The notes under the pieces were generated by a model, which was not told the origin of the DNA, did no database searches, and saw only the letters and a list, made by a program, of their open reading frames with translations. Below, one piece after another: positions 30,556 through 41,998 of a DNA stretch of 64,000 bases. Source of the stretch: Candidatus Dormiibacterota bacterium (GTDB taxonomy: Bacteria; Chloroflexota; Dormibacteria; Aeolococcales; Aeolococcaceae); assembly GCA_963709585.1 (NCBI GenBank), contig CAVPXI010000013.1, positions 96,001-160,000 on the forward strand, given 5' to 3'. The translations under genes were made by a program, and so were the position numbers. Position 1 is the first letter of the stretch; each line of letters opens with the position of its first letter.

Positions 30556-33051
30556 GTGCCACGTCGCCGACTTCCCACCGGGACGGTCACCCTCCTCTTC
30601 ACGGACATCGAAGGGTCGACGCGCCTCCTGCAGGAGCTCGGCGACGGCTACGGCGTCGTCCTGGGGGAGCACCGCCGACTGCTACGTGAGGCCTTCCAAC
30701 GACACGATGGCATCGAGGTGGACACGCAGGGCGACGCGTTCTTTTATGCGTTCGCGAGGGCCACCGACGCTACCGCGGCAGCCCGAGAGGGCCAAGCTGC
30801 GCTGGCCGGCGGCGCTGTCCGCGTGCGCATCGGCATGCACACTGGCGAGCCGGTTCTGACCGACGAGGGCTATGTCGGCATCGACGTCCACCGGGCGGCG
30901 CGCATCTGCTCGGCGGCGCACGGAGGCCAGACGATTCTTTCGGACGCGACCGCCCGCCTTGTTGAGGCCGACCTCCGAGACCTCGGTGATCAGCGCCTCA
31001 AAGATCTGGATGCGCCGCTGCATTTGTACCAGCTGGGGCAGGATAATTTTCCCCCGCTGCGCACGCTCAACCTCAGCAACCTTCCGATCCAAGTGACGGC
31101 ACTTATCGGCCGTGAGCGCGAGTGTGATCAGGTGAGCACGCTGGTAGGGGAGCATCGTCTGGTCACGCTGGTCGGTCCGGGCGGCTGCGGCAAGACGCGA
31201 CTCGCCTTGCAAGTCGCCGCCGCAGCGATCGATGAGTTCAAGGATGGCGTCTTCTGGATACCCCTCGCCCCAGTGCGCGAGCCGGACCTTGTGGAGCCGA
31301 CCATCGCCAAGGTTGTGGGCATCTCCGGCGGCCTCGCTGCTCATCTCGCCAACCGTAAGGCCCTCCTCCTCCTCGACAATTTCGAGCAGCTCATCGACGC
31401 GGCCCCCAACCTCGGCGAGCTGCTCGGAGCAACAACAGCGCTCAAACTGCTGGTCACCAGCCGCGAACCGCTTCAGCTCTCGGGCGAGTGGGAATACGCC
31501 GTGCCGCCGCTGCCACAGAACGACGCGATCGCCCTCTTCACGGAACGAGCGCGGGCGTTGAAGACCGACTTCGAGCCGGACGCCGCCGTCGCCGACGTCT
31601 GCCGCCGTCTTGACGGACTGCCGCTTGCGATCGAGCTTGCCGCAGCACGCGTGAAGGTGCTCGGACCCCAGCAGCTTCTCGACCGGCTGGGACGGCGCCT
31701 CGATGTCCTCACTTCCGGAACACGCGACGTCCCGACAAGACAGCGAACACTACGTGCGACGATCGACTGGAGCTACGAGCTCCTCGCTCCCACGGAGCAG
31801 GAGCTCTTCATGCGGCTCGCGGTGTTCCTGGGCGGTTGGACACTGGACGCAGCGGAGGCAGTCGCCGACGCCGGCATCGACACCCTGGAGTCGCTCGTCG
31901 TCAAGAGCCTGGTGGGTCGCAACGGAGATCGGTTCGGAATGCTGGAGACCCTCAGGGAGTACGCGCTCGAACGCCTGGATGCGTCGGGTCAGAGCGAGCG
32001 CTTGCGCGACCGGCATGCTCGCTTTTTTCTCGAGCTGGCGGAGATGGGACATCCCGAGGTCGAGCGCGGCGAGCAGGCAAAATGGACGCACCGACTCGGC
32101 GCCGAGCATGACAACCTACGCGTCGCACTGCAGCACTTCGTTGAGGCCGGCGACGCGGGCCTCGAGGAGCGGCTGGTAGCGGCGATCTGGAAGTTCTGGT
32201 TCGACCAAGGGCTGTGGGAGGAGAGCAGCCGCGCCGTAGAGCACGCGCGCACTATGAGCTCAGGCGTGACGCCGGCCCGGACCGCAGTTATGCAGGGCGC
32301 GGCCTGGATCGCCTGGCGGCGGGGCGACGGGCTTGCGGGGGCACGATTCGCTGAGCAGAGCCTAGATCTCAGCCGGGCGCTCGGCGACCCGCGGCAGATC
32401 GCCACGTCGCTGAGAATCCAGGGCATCTGCTTCATGAGCGAGGACCTCGAGCGTGCTGCCACGCTGTTCCAAGAAAGCATCGACCTCTGCGAGTCCTGCG
32501 GGGATCAAATTAGTCTGACGGCGGCCCTCAACAACCTCGCCATCATTTCGAAAGAGTCCGGAGATAATCGCGGCGCGGCCGACCGGCTCGAACGCGCGGC
32601 GTCGATCGCTAGACAGTCGGGCAACCCTCGTGGCGTTTCGATCTACACGATGAACCTCGCTAATTCGGAGCGAGATCTAGGCGAGTACGCTCGGGCTCGG
32701 GCACACTTCGCCGAGAGCCTTTCGGCCGCACGAAGTCTGGGCATCCGCGAGGTCGTCACGGAAAGCTTGTATGGGGCCGCCGTCCTCGCGGACCTGGTCA
32801 GCGACCATGGGTGGGCCGGTGCGCTCGTCGGAGCCGCGCGACGAGAGGGCGACTTCGGCCACGACTTCGACCTAGACTTCGACCGTGTCGCGGTGGAACG
32901 CGCGCTGACGAGCGTGGAAGAGCATCTCGGTAGCGATGGTCTTGCGAGGTCTATCGCCGCCGGTCGCGCAATGACACTGGACGCCATCGCCGAGTACCTG
33001 GAGGGAGGAGCCACCGGCTCTCAGACACCCGAACTGTCAGGCGATCCCTGA
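30556..33051 (+). CDS. Class III adenylate/guanylate cyclase-like domain + STAND ATPase + TPR protein
   Basis: 'VTLLFTDIEGST', 'GDAFF', 'RVRIGMHTG', [23 protein letters not shown]-terminal TPRs. Confidence 0.92.
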   Translation: MPRRRLPTGTVTLLFTDIEGSTRLLQELGDGYGVVLGEHRRLLREAFQRHDGIEVDTQGDAFFYAFARATDATAAAREGQAALAGGAVRVRIGMHTGEPVLTDEGYVGIDVHRAARICSAAHGGQTILSDATARLVEADLRDLGDQRLKDLDAPLHLYQLGQDNFPPLRTLNLSNLPIQVTALIGRERECDQVSTLVGEHRLVTLVGPGGCGKTRLALQVAAAAIDEFKDGVFWIPLAPVREPDLVEPTIAKVVGISGGLAAHLANRKALLLLDNFEQLIDAAPNLGELLGATTALKLLVTSREPLQLSGEWEYAVPPLPQNDAIALFTERARALKTDFEPDAAVADVCRRLDGLPLAIELAAARVKVLGPQQLLDRLGRRLDVLTSGTRDVPTRQRTLRATIDWSYELLAPTEQELFMRLAVFLGGWTLDAAEAVADAGIDTLESLVVKSLVGRNGDRFGMLETLREYALERLDASGQSERLRDRHARFFLELAEMGHPEVERGEQAKWTHRLGAEHDNLRVALQHFVEAGDAGLEERLVAAIWKFWFDQGLWEESSRAVEHARTMSSGVTPARTAVMQGAAWIAWRRGDGLAGARFAEQSLDLSRALGDPRQIATSLRIQGICFMSEDLERAATLFQESIDLCESCGDQISLTAALNNLAIISKESGDNRGAADRLERAASIARQSGNPRGVSIYTMNLANSERDLGEYARARAHFAESLSAARSLGIREVVTESLYGAAVLADLVSDHGWAGALVGAARREGDFGHDFDLDFDRVAVERALTSVEEHLGSDGLARSIAAGRAMTLDAIAEYLEGGATGSQTPELSGDP

Positions 33052-33242
33052 GCAGCCGTCACGCCTTATCGCTTATGTTGGCCCGTTGGCATCGATCACC
33101 ATGTTGGCGAACTCTCCACCCGCGGCGACGAGTTTCGCACCCGCTGCGCAACCCACACTGTGCAGCAGCACTGCCGCACCGGATACGCGCGCGGGTTTGT
33201 TCAAGTCCAAGGCCGGCCTTCTACACGGTCGATCGCCGTCAG

Positions 33243-33718
33243 AACTGTAAGCGCTATGTATGCGCTGGACTGCCACAATCTCTGGCTATGAGCGGCGGCA
33301 TCCGTCCTCACTCGCGGAGATTGACGCCTTTTGCAGGAAACGTGATTATTCCCGGTTAGAGCACCACAACCCGTTCGCCCGCCGGCGCCTGACAACTTCG
33401 CAACCGCCCGCCGCGAACTCGACCTGCGCGTCCGTCGGGGAGACAGGACTCGAACCTGCGACCCCTGGTCCCCCAGACCAGTCCTTATTTACCGCCGCGT
33501 GCTGAGTTCGATTTAGAGTGCTTTCGTCGGGAAATGGTTGGAATGACGACTAGAGCAGGTGCGATGGAATCCGTTGGAATTCCGTCAACACGCAGCCACG
33601 TGTACCGGACATTGCTTCCCTCCCCCACCGCTCGAGACTTTGGGCATTCTGACGGCCGTCGCGCGCGTCGAGCATCTGAAGCCGCTGGATCTGGTGACAG
33701 GACGCTCATGTGCGCCAG
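33243..33718 (-). repeat. P-family repeat P4: arm A + tRNA-Pro 3' half (33435-33481) + extended right arm
   Basis: Aligns with P2 over about 480 bp. Confidence 0.93.
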
Positions 33719-33816
33719 CGACCATACGCCGATGGCTTCGCAAGCGCCTCTCGAAGGGTGTCCAGCCGTAGATCATTATGGCGTGGGTCGAACACGCGCG
33801 GATTCGTCCCCCACGG

Positions 33817-34410
33817 CTAGCTTCCGGCAGCTGCCCCGCGGCCCGAGCTCAGCCACTCGTCACGGGTGATGGCGTACTCGACCTCACCGTATTCGACGCC
33901 GGGAATGCCGTCAGGGTAATCTGCCGGAAAGCTGCGCACATAGTGCATGCCGAGCGACGTCATCACCGCCTGTGACGGAGTGTTGACCGCAAGTGTCTGG
34001 GCAAAGATGCGGCGCAACCGGATGTCCATGAAGCCGTATCGCATCAGCTCACGCGATCCTTCAGAAGCGAATCCCCGCCGCCAATGGCGGCGCTGGATGC
34101 GATAGCCGAGGTCGGCCTGGTCGGTGCTGTACGGCTGGCCCAGCCCCTCGGGTGGCTGCAGGATCCACCAGCCGACGAAGTCCCGACCGACGAACCCCAC
34201 CCAGAAGCCCAGTCCCGGCACGGTTCCGGCGGCTGCTATGCGGCGCTGATGGGCCTCCTTCACCTCTGCTCGTGTTCGGGCGCCTGGGTTGAGATAGCGC
34301 AACACCTCCGGGTCCGAATCCAGCTCGACCTCGAGCTCGAGGTGTTCATCGGCGAGCGGCACCAGCTCGATGCGGTCGGTGCGGAGTACGGGTTGCGTCA
34401 CGTGCGGCAT
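33817..34410 (-). CDS. GNAT (RimJ/RimL-like) N-acetyltransferase
   Basis: 'LRTDRIELVP', 'LGYRIQRRHWRRGFASEG', 'NTPSQAVM'. Confidence 0.9.
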   Translation of the reverse strand: MPHVTQPVLRTDRIELVPLADEHLELEVELDSDPEVLRYLNPGARTRAEVKEAHQRRIAAAGTVPGLGFWVGFVGRDFVGWWILQPPEGLGQPYSTDQADLGYRIQRRHWRRGFASEGSRELMRYGFMDIRLRRIFAQTLAVNTPSQAVMTSLGMHYVRSFPADYPDGIPGVEYGEVEYAITRDEWLSSGRGAAAGS

Positions 34411-34686
34411 GGTAGTGCCGCTTAAGAGGTGGCCGAGAGCAACCGCGAACTGACCGCGTCCGTCAGGTGGTTCGGAGCCGGCGGGACTGTCGGGGGAGGA
34501 TCGGCACTAACCGTGGTCACGCAGGGCATCCTCGGTGACGACGTCGGATTGCTCCTGGTTCTTGCGTTGGTTGGCATGGGCGCTTCCTTCGCCATCGCCG
34601 GACGGACGACGTCACGGCACCGACCGAACGCACGACGCCAGGTACGGTAGCCCCACCGCCGCTGGCGGGCGATGGTTTGCCGCTGG

Positions 34687-34880
34687 GTACTGGGATGATG
34701 CCGGCGAGGACCTCCCAGTCACGGACTGACCCTGCTAGGTACCGGCGCATTGCCTTCCCAATGATTCGTCGTCCGTGACCGGAGGCCCTTGTTCGGGCAA
34801 TCAGCGGGCGAACGTGACCTGATAGGAGCCTGTGCAAGAGGCCCGTCCCAGTACTGTCCGTCCACCTGCCGCTGACGCAC
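34687..34880 (+). ncRNA. Putative IS110 bridge RNA region upstream of the truncated transposase
   Basis: Two large stem-closed loops (GTCACGGAC/GTCCGTGAC; TCAGCGG/CCGCTGA); TCCCAGTAC (34846-34854) is complementary to GTACTGGGA (34687-34695). Confidence 0.5.
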
Positions 34881-34912
34881 CGACCTCATTCCCCAGGTGA
34901 CGAGGACGAGGT

Positions 34913-35336
34913 ATGACAGAGGTCAGGATCGCACAGAGAACCGAGCGTGTTGTGGTGGGAGTCGATACCCATGCTGACCTTCACGTTGCCGCAGCGCTCG
35001 ACCCGCTTGGGCGCATGCTCGGCCGTCTCGAGGTCGGGACGACCACGCGTGGGTACGCGCAATTGCTCAAGCGGGCGCACACGTTCAGTCCGACAACAAC
35101 ATTTGGTATCGAGGGAACTGGCGCTTACGGCGCTGGCCTGGCTCGTTTCCTCGTCGACGCCGGCTGCGAGGTTATCGAGATCAATCGGCCGGATCGTCGC
35201 GCCCGCCGCGGACATGGCAAGTCGGATCCCATCGACGCCGAGGCAGCAGCGCGATCGGTTGCTCGCTGGTGGACCGCTCTGCATCGCCAAGCGTGACCAC
35301 GACCGGGTCGGCATGATCCGCACGCTCCGGGTCTGA
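34913..35336 (+). pseudogene. IS110 family transposase, N-terminal DEDD domain only
   Basis: 'VVGVDTH', 'GIEGTGAYG', 'GKSDPIDA'; C-terminal domain absent. Confidence 0.88.
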
Positions 35337-35519
35337 CCCAACGGTGACATCCACGGCCATGGTGTGAATTCTTTTGCGTCCCCCATAGCCTCCGTGTCCG
35401 CTAACGGGGGCAGCCCACGACGCCTGCAATGCGTGCGCGGAGCGGTATTCGAGAACGGCAAACGTGAGGCTCTAACGAGCGTCCGGCGTCAGTGGACCGC
35501 CGACTCCCCGGATCGGATC

Positions 35520-36227
35520 TCACACCGGGCTGGGTAGTACGGACGGCCCGCCTGGTGGGACCAGCCGATAGCCGGCTCCTCGCACCGCGTGGAGCAGCGG
35601 TTTCAGTTCGGGTGCGTTGATCTTGCGTCGCAGGTACCCGACGTAGACGTCAACGACATTGCTGCCCGGCTCGAAGTCGTACTCCCAGACGTGGTTGAGC
35701 ATCTGCGTGCGTGAGAGCACCTGATGCGGATGTCGCATCAGGTATTCGAGCAACGCCCACTCGCGCGGTGCGAGGTCGATTCTCCTGCCCGCACGCCAGG
35801 CCACCTTGGTGAGCAGGTCGAGCCGGAGATCTTCGACCACGAGTTGATTTGACGTCTGCTGGTCGGCGGACCGGAGAGCGGCGCGAATACGCGCAAGGAG
35901 CTCGTCGAAATCAAAGGGCTTGGTCACGTAGTCGGTCGCCCCGGCGTCAAGCCCCCAGACCTTGTCCTTCACGTCGTCTCTGGCTGTGACGATCACCACC
36001 GGGAGATCCGGCCGGCGGGAGCGCAGCAGGCGTAGCACGGACCGTCCGTCGACGCCGGGGAGCCCAAGGTCGAGGAGCACCAGATCGATGTCCTCCTCAC
36101 CGGCCTCGACTGCAGCCACCGCCTCATCCCCGTCGCGCGCGATCAGAGTCGCATACCCCTCGGCTCGGAGCCCCTTTGAGAGGAACGCCACGATGCCTGC
36201 GTCGTCTTCGACAATAAGGATGTTCAC
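35520..36227 (-). CDS. OmpR-family response regulator
   Basis: ILIVEDD, LLDLGLP, DYVTKPF, SNVVDVYVGYLRRK. Confidence 0.95.
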   Translation of the reverse strand: MNILIVEDDAGIVAFLSKGLRAEGYATLIARDGDEAVAAVEAGEEDIDLVLLDLGLPGVDGRSVLRLLRSRRPDLPVVIVTARDDVKDKVWGLDAGATDYVTKPFDFDELLARIRAALRSADQQTSNQLVVEDLRLDLLTKVAWRAGRRIDLAPREWALLEYLMRHPHQVLSRTQMLNHVWEYDFEPGSNVVDVYVGYLRRKINAPELKPLLHAVRGAGYRLVPPGGPSVLPSPV

Positions 36228-37690
36228 CGCGCACCATGGTGTTTATTTGACGGCGAGACCGAGTTGATGGACGACGCCGGCAGGACCATGCGTACGGTAC
36301 ATCCCACGCCAGGTGCGCTCTCCAGGTCGGCGCGGCCGCCGTGCGCCTCGGCGATGGCTCGAACGATCGTGAGCCCCAGGCCGGCGCCATGATTCTGACC
36401 AGTGTGGACAAAACGTTGAAACACCGCCGCCTGATCCTCGACGGGAATGCCCGTGCCGGTGTCGGCGACTGCAAAGACAAGCGCGCCGTCGCATGACGCG
36501 CGGAGCGTGATCGAGTTGTCAGGATCGGTGGCGCGGACGGCATTGTCGACCAGGTTGAGGAGCGCCCCTCGGACCTTGTCGAGGTCGATGCTGACGACAG
36601 CGTCGGGCACCGGTTCGAGCGCCCAGTGACGTGGAGCGAGCCCTTGCGCCGAGGTGAAAATGTCGGCCATGAACGAGCGCAGATCGACGGCTTCTGCGTC
36701 GAGGAAGCCGGGCTCCGCGGACTGCCCCAGGAGGAGGAGCTGGTTGACGAGCGCGTTGGTGTGATCGATCTCGTTGATGACCAGAGAGAGCGTGTCGGCG
36801 GCCTCGTCGGGATGATGGATACCCCCGCGTCGCAGGACGTCGAGATGGCCCCGCATCACCGTCAGCGGTGTGCGCAATTGATGGGACACGTCGGAAAGGA
36901 GACGCCGCTGTGAGACGAAGGCAGTCTCGACGCGCTCGAGCATCATGTCGAAGGTCTGCGCTAGCCTGGCCAGCTCATCGTCGGGGCCTTGGTAGTCGAG
37001 GCGCCGGCTCAAGTCGTCGCGGTTGATCGTCGCGGCCGTCTCGGTCAGTTGGGCGAGCGTACGGCGGACGCGCCGCAGGAGCAGGTAGCCCGCCACCACG
37101 GCGATGACGAGCGCACTCCCGGCCTCCCCCGCAACCAACGGCAAGATGGCCGCCACCTGGTCCTGGACGACGCCGAGGTCCACGCCTGCGACGAGTACCC
37201 CGGCGGTATGGCCGCCGGCGAGGATAGGGCTCGCGACCACACGGTAGGTCGTGCCATTGACGAGCACGTCCGCGACCGTCGGACCCGGCGGCGGGCTCGC
37301 CACCCAGCCGCGAACACGAGGAGCCGTCGCCAACACGCTGATGGATGGTGCCGCGCCGACCTCGCGTCCGCCGAGGCCGATGATGAGCACGGTCCCATTC
37401 GGGCGTGGGTTGGTGAGGAGATACGCAGCGCTGAAGGCGAGCAGGTCCTGGCCGGCAGGACGGTGGCTCGCCGCTTGCTGGTATTCGGGCAGCTCCTCCG
37501 TAAGCGCGGCCTGAGCTTCTGCGACCTGGTGGCTCGAGAGGGCCACGTACGTGAGCGCCAGGACGAGACCAATCGTGACCGTGAGGAGGACGGCGTGCGT
37601 GAGGAGCAGGCGCGTCGTCAGGTTGAGCCTTGGTACGGCTCGAGGCGTGACCCGGTTGTCGGTGTCGGTTCGCCAGCGGCCGATCCGCAT
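36224..37690 (-). CDS. HAMP-domain sensor histidine kinase
   Basis: H-box 'DVSHQLRTPL', N-box 'NLVDNA', G-boxes 'DTGTGI' and 'GAGLGL'. Confidence 0.93.
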   Translation of the reverse strand: MRIGRWRTDTDNRVTPRAVPRLNLTTRLLLTHAVLLTVTIGLVLALTYVALSSHQVAEAQAALTEELPEYQQAASHRPAGQDLLAFSAAYLLTNPRPNGTVLIIGLGGREVGAAPSISVLATAPRVRGWVASPPPGPTVADVLVNGTTYRVVASPILAGGHTAGVLVAGVDLGVVQDQVAAILPLVAGEAGSALVIAVVAGYLLLRRVRRTLAQLTETAATINRDDLSRRLDYQGPDDELARLAQTFDMMLERVETAFVSQRRLLSDVSHQLRTPLTVMRGHLDVLRRGGIHHPDEAADTLSLVINEIDHTNALVNQLLLLGQSAEPGFLDAEAVDLRSFMADIFTSAQGLAPRHWALEPVPDAVVSIDLDKVRGALLNLVDNAVRATDPDNSITLRASCDGALVFAVADTGTGIPVEDQAAVFQRFVHTGQNHGAGLGLTIVRAIAEAHGGRADLESAPGVGCTVRMVLPASSINSVSPSNKHHGAR

Positions 37691-37914
37691 GTCAGAGCAG
37701 CTTAGCGATGCGCGTCGGGCATCTTCCAGGGATGGTTCCCTCAGGTGGTCCGCGCGTTGCGTCCGCCATGTGAGCTGCGGATGGGTCTTCGCTGCAGGAA
37801 CCCGATGAGCACACTCGATGAGAGAACTGTCACCCCGGTCTCATGGTGGGCTCACGAGGCGCACGCACGGTTGGTGAAACGCATCAACCAGTGTCCAAAG
37901 GAGGACCAGAGACC

Positions 37915-38541
37915 ATGTTCAAGCGCCAACTCGCCGCCGCCGTCCTATCCGCCGCGATCGGGGGGACCGCCCTCCTCGCCGTCGTCCCCACACGAGCAGC
38001 GACCGGGATCATCCCCAACGGTCACTGCAGTGGAACCAGCCAGTATTCGCTTCAGGTCCAGAAGGAGGACACGGGCCAGATCAGCGTTGACTGGGGTGTC
38101 GACATGACCCGCCATACGGCAGGCGTCGCCTGGCATATCACCGTGGCCGACAACGGGCGTGTGGTCGTCAACACGACGGTGAAGACGATTGCCGATGGAT
38201 CGTTCAGCCTGACGCGGCTCCTTGCGCCGCAGGCCACGAACAACATCACGGCATGGGCGAGCAACCCCATGACGAGGGAGACCTGTTCGACCAGCACCGC
38301 TTCCGTTCCGCCTGCGGTCGCCCCGCCTGCAACGGGACACGCCGTCCCGCCGACGGCTTCGACTCCCTCCACAACCATCGCGCCGTCCCATTCGGGGACG
38401 CCCGCCCATGAAGTTAGGGCTGTCGCAACGAGCCATGCATCCCCGGCGCTCCCGATCGCAGTCGCCATCATCATCCTGGTCGCGGTCGGTGGCGGAGCCT
38501 CATACCTCGCGGTTCGGAACAGCCGGCGCCGATCGGCCTGA
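37915..38541 (+). CDS. Secreted protein with Pro/Thr linker and C-terminal TM anchor
   Basis: AAGGAGG RBS; signal peptide; divergent from the two-component system. Confidence 0.72.
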   Translation: MFKRQLAAAVLSAAIGGTALLAVVPTRAATGIIPNGHCSGTSQYSLQVQKEDTGQISVDWGVDMTRHTAGVAWHITVADNGRVVVNTTVKTIADGSFSLTRLLAPQATNNITAWASNPMTRETCSTSTASVPPAVAPPATGHAVPPTASTPSTTIAPSHSGTPAHEVRAVATSHASPALPIAVAIIILVAVGGGASYLAVRNSRRRSA

Positions 38542-38658
38542 CCGATACCACCTACCGAGAGAGAGTCGCCGCGAACGGCCCCTAAAAATGGCAGCGGCGA
38601 CTTTCTCTCTTGTCGTCAGCCTTGTTCATCACCGCCCAGTGCTCCGATGGGTCTTGGC

Positions 38659-38967
38659 CCGCCGAGGGTCGCGCGACTTAGAGTGGTTTTGCAGGAAAGA
38701 ACATCAATCAGGGAATGAGGACTAGTCCCTGACAAAGTGGCTGATCCCCGCAAGTTGGAATCGGCTGCAATTGCGTGCCAACGGATGCACTGCAGTGCAA
38801 TGGGCTGCGAATCGGGGAGACAGGACTCGAACCTGCGACCCCTGGTCCCCCAGACTAGTCCTTATTTCCCGCCGAGTGCTGAGTTCGATTTAGACTGCTT
38901 TCGTCGGGAAATGGTTGGAATGACGACTAGAGTGCGCGTTTTGGATTTCGTTGGACTCGCGTGGACA
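38659..38967 (-). repeat. P-family repeat P5: arm B + tRNA-Pro 3' half (38812-38858) + right arm
   Basis: Collinear with P1 on both sides of the core. Confidence 0.93.
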
Positions 38968-39003
38968 TGATGCGGGTACTAGGCACGCAGCGGTCCACCT
39001 TTC

Positions 39004-39402
39004 TCAGCCCCTCGCCAGCACCTCGAAGTCGGCCACGGAGCTGATGTTGACGCTGCCATGCGCGCCGAGCGCGAGTAGGTCCGCGTCCCCGGTCACAAGA
39101 GCATCGGCCGATCCAGTGATGGCTATCGCAAGGATCTGATCGTCGTCAGGATCCCGGCAGACGCGTGGAACCTCAATCGGCGTCACCACCTCGGCAATCG
39201 CCTCGAGCTCGGCTCGCACCGCTGCAGCCCGATCGCTCGCCCAGCCACAAGTCTCCACGAGCACGGCCTCGAGCTCGCCGAGGATCGCGGGACCCATGAT
39301 CAGCGTGTGGTCACCACGGAGGACGTCGTCGAGGAGACGGCGCGGGCGTCCGCCAAAGTGGAGCGCCGACACCAGGACATTGGTGTCGAGGACGACGCGC
39401 AC
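39004..39402 (-). CDS. PIN-domain toxin, copy 2
   Basis: Near-identical protein to 15394..15792. Confidence 0.92.
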   Translation of the reverse strand: MRVVLDTNVLVSALHFGGRPRRLLDDVLRGDHTLIMGPAILGELEAVLVETCGWASDRAAAVRAELEAIAEVVTPIEVPRVCRDPDDDQILAIAITGSADALVTGDADLLALGAHGSVNISSVADFEVLARG

Positions 39403-39663
39403 TCAGCGTGTTGGCTTGCGGCGGGAACGGCTGCGGCGCGATTTCACCGCGGCGACGACGGTGTCTTCGGTCAGGGTGCCGGCAGCCGCTCGTTCTTCTC
39501 CATACGCAAAGAGCTGATCCCATCGTCTGCGTCGCTCCGCGTACTGGCGGAACGCTTCGCGCAAAAGTTCGCTGCGCGTCCGGCCCTCCTGGTGGGCCAG
39601 GCGGTCGACCTCCACCGCGAGCTCTGGTGGGAGCGAGATGGTCACTGTCCCGGTCGTGCGCAT
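39403..39663 (-). CDS. RHH (CopG) antitoxin, copy 2
   Basis: Near-identical protein to 15793..16053. Confidence 0.9.
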   Translation of the reverse strand: MRTTGTVTISLPPELAVEVDRLAHQEGRTRSELLREAFRQYAERRRRWDQLFAYGEERAAAGTLTEDTVVAAVKSRRSRSRRKPTR

Positions 39664-39934
39664 GAACAGGACGATAACACGAAGTCTTACCCGACAGAGC
39701 GGCAGAACGGGTTACGCGCCCCACTCCACCAAAGTCAGGACACCCCAGAGTCTCTATGAAACCCAGGGCGGTGCAAGCCGTTTTGTGGCGTCCGGTGACC
39801 TCCGTCAACATGCGGGACGGGTCGTCGTGCTTCGGCGGGAAGGTCTCCGTCGGGCGTTGAAGAGGAGCGGAGCTGACTAAAAGGCGCACGCGAGTGCGCG
39901 TCGATCTATGCCCTGATGATGAAGGTCTACACGC

Positions 39935-41837
39935 TCATTCTGTCGGCACAGCCGCACGCGCCCGCGCCTGATCGATCTCCCAGGCGGCATTTATCAGCCC
40001 GATGTGGCTAAAGGCTTGAGGAAAGTTGCCGAGCAGCTCGCCGGTTCGGACGTCGATCTCCTCGGCGAGCAGACCGACGTCGTTGGCGAAGCCAGATAGT
40101 CGTTCGAAGAGCGCTTGAGCGCGATCGATCTCGCCTGCCTGGGCGAGACAGCAGGCGAGCCAGAACGAGCAGATCACGAACGTGCCTTCCTCCCCAGTCA
40201 GCCCGTCTGCGTTGAGCCCCGCCTCGTTTCGATAGCGGAGCACGAGACCATCCTCGGTGAGGTCTCGAGCTATCACCTCGATCGTCGCCCGCATCCGCGT
40301 GTCAGTGGCCGGCAGGAATCCGACGAGCGGCATGAGCAATGCGGCAGCGTCAAGTTCATCAGAGTCCAACGATTGCGCATAGGCGCCCCTTGTGGCGCTC
40401 CAGCCCCGTGTCAGCACTGCGTCGCGGATACGATCACGCTCCGTCGACCAGATTCCCGTCTTCGCGTGCTCGCCGAGCTTTGGTGCGAGCTGTATCGCGC
40501 GGTCGAGCGCGGCCCAGCAAAGCACCTTGGAAGAGAGGTGGTGGCGAGGCTCACCGCGCATCTCCCACATCCCCGCGTCGCGTTGCTCCCAGCCTCGCGC
40601 AGCCGCATCGGCGAGTCCCGCCGCGAATCGCTGGATCTCGGGGTGCAGCTCGCCAAGGCGCTCCTGGTAACGGTTCAGCGTGTCGAGCAGCTCGCCATAG
40701 ACGTCGAGCTGCGTCTGCGCCCATGCACCGTTGCCGATGCGCACCGGCTTGGAGTTGCGCCATCCGGCGAGATGAGGCAGCTCGCGCTCGCTGAGGTCGT
40801 GCTCCCCGCCGATGCCATACATGATCTGCAGCGAGTATTCGGCTCCGGCACCCCCACCCGCGGAGCTGGTCATGAAGGAAACGAAGTCCGCGACCTCGAC
40901 GGGACAGCTGCCGACATAGAGCGCCTGCAACGTGAAGCTCGCATCGCGTATCCACGCATAGCGATAGTCCCAATTGCGCTCACCACCGATGGCTTCGGGC
41001 AGCGATGTCGTCGGTGCGGCGACCATCGCACCGGTCGTACGGTATGTCAAACCCTTGAGCACTCGCGAGCTGAAGCGCACGAGCTCATGCTGCGTTCCCG
41101 GGTAGATGTCATGCAGCGCCTCCCAGGAGCGCCAGGCTTCGAGAGTGTCATCGATACGCGCCGGCACGGCCGCCGCCGGGGTCGGCTGCGGCGCAGCGCT
41201 CTCGACCGCACTCCAACGCAGCGCGAATCCGACGTTTTCGCCGACTCCCCACCGCGAATCGCGAGCGCATCGTTGCGCCATCAACTGTGACCGCGACTGA
41301 CGAGTTGATGGCGAGCTGATTGGGGCCGCCGAAGGTGCGCCCGCCCTCCTCCGTCATGCGAAACAACGGGCGCACCAGGCCATACTCCGGGCGCGGCGCA
41401 AGCTCCATCGCCATGTCAACTCGTCCGGACACGCCCTCAACGTTGCGCAGTACCTCGTGCGGCGCGTGCAACCCGAGGTCGTGCCCGCGCTGGCCGGCCT
41501 CTGCGCCCATCACGTCGACCAGGCGTACGGTGCCCGTGGCGGTCACGAACGTCGTCTCCAGTGCGAGCGTCCCGGGCAGGTAGCACCGCTCGACGCCGAA
41601 GCTCGTCACCGGGCGAATTGACCAATGGCCGGCGTGCGGATCCAGGATACGTGCGAACACCGCTGGGCTGTCGAAGCGAGGCAAGCACAACCAGTCGATC
41701 GACCCCTCACGGCTCACGAGCGATGCAGACGAGCCGTCGGACAGGAATGCGTACTCGGCGATCGCAACGCCATCAAGACGAGCGGTGTCCACCGCGTCTG
41801 TGGACGGTGGGGTCTGAGACATCGGACTGGCGGCCAT
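39935..41837 (-). CDS. Glycoside hydrolase family 15 (glucoamylase/trehalase-like); apparent frameshift near 41247
   Basis: 'IDWLCLPRFDSP', 'PTTSLPEAIGGERNWDYRYAWIRD', 'GNFPQAFSH'; start uncertain. Confidence 0.9.
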
Positions 41838-41998
41838 GGTAGCGGTCGCCCGGCGTGCTGCGGCGTGGGGGACAGCCACAGCAGTTCATCGAGCTCCGAA
41901 GCGGGGATCAGACCGGACTCGGCATTGCTCCAGCCCCTGCCCACCAGCATATTGTCTGCCTCTCCGGCTGCGGCGTAGCGGCATATGCTTTCTCCCGA

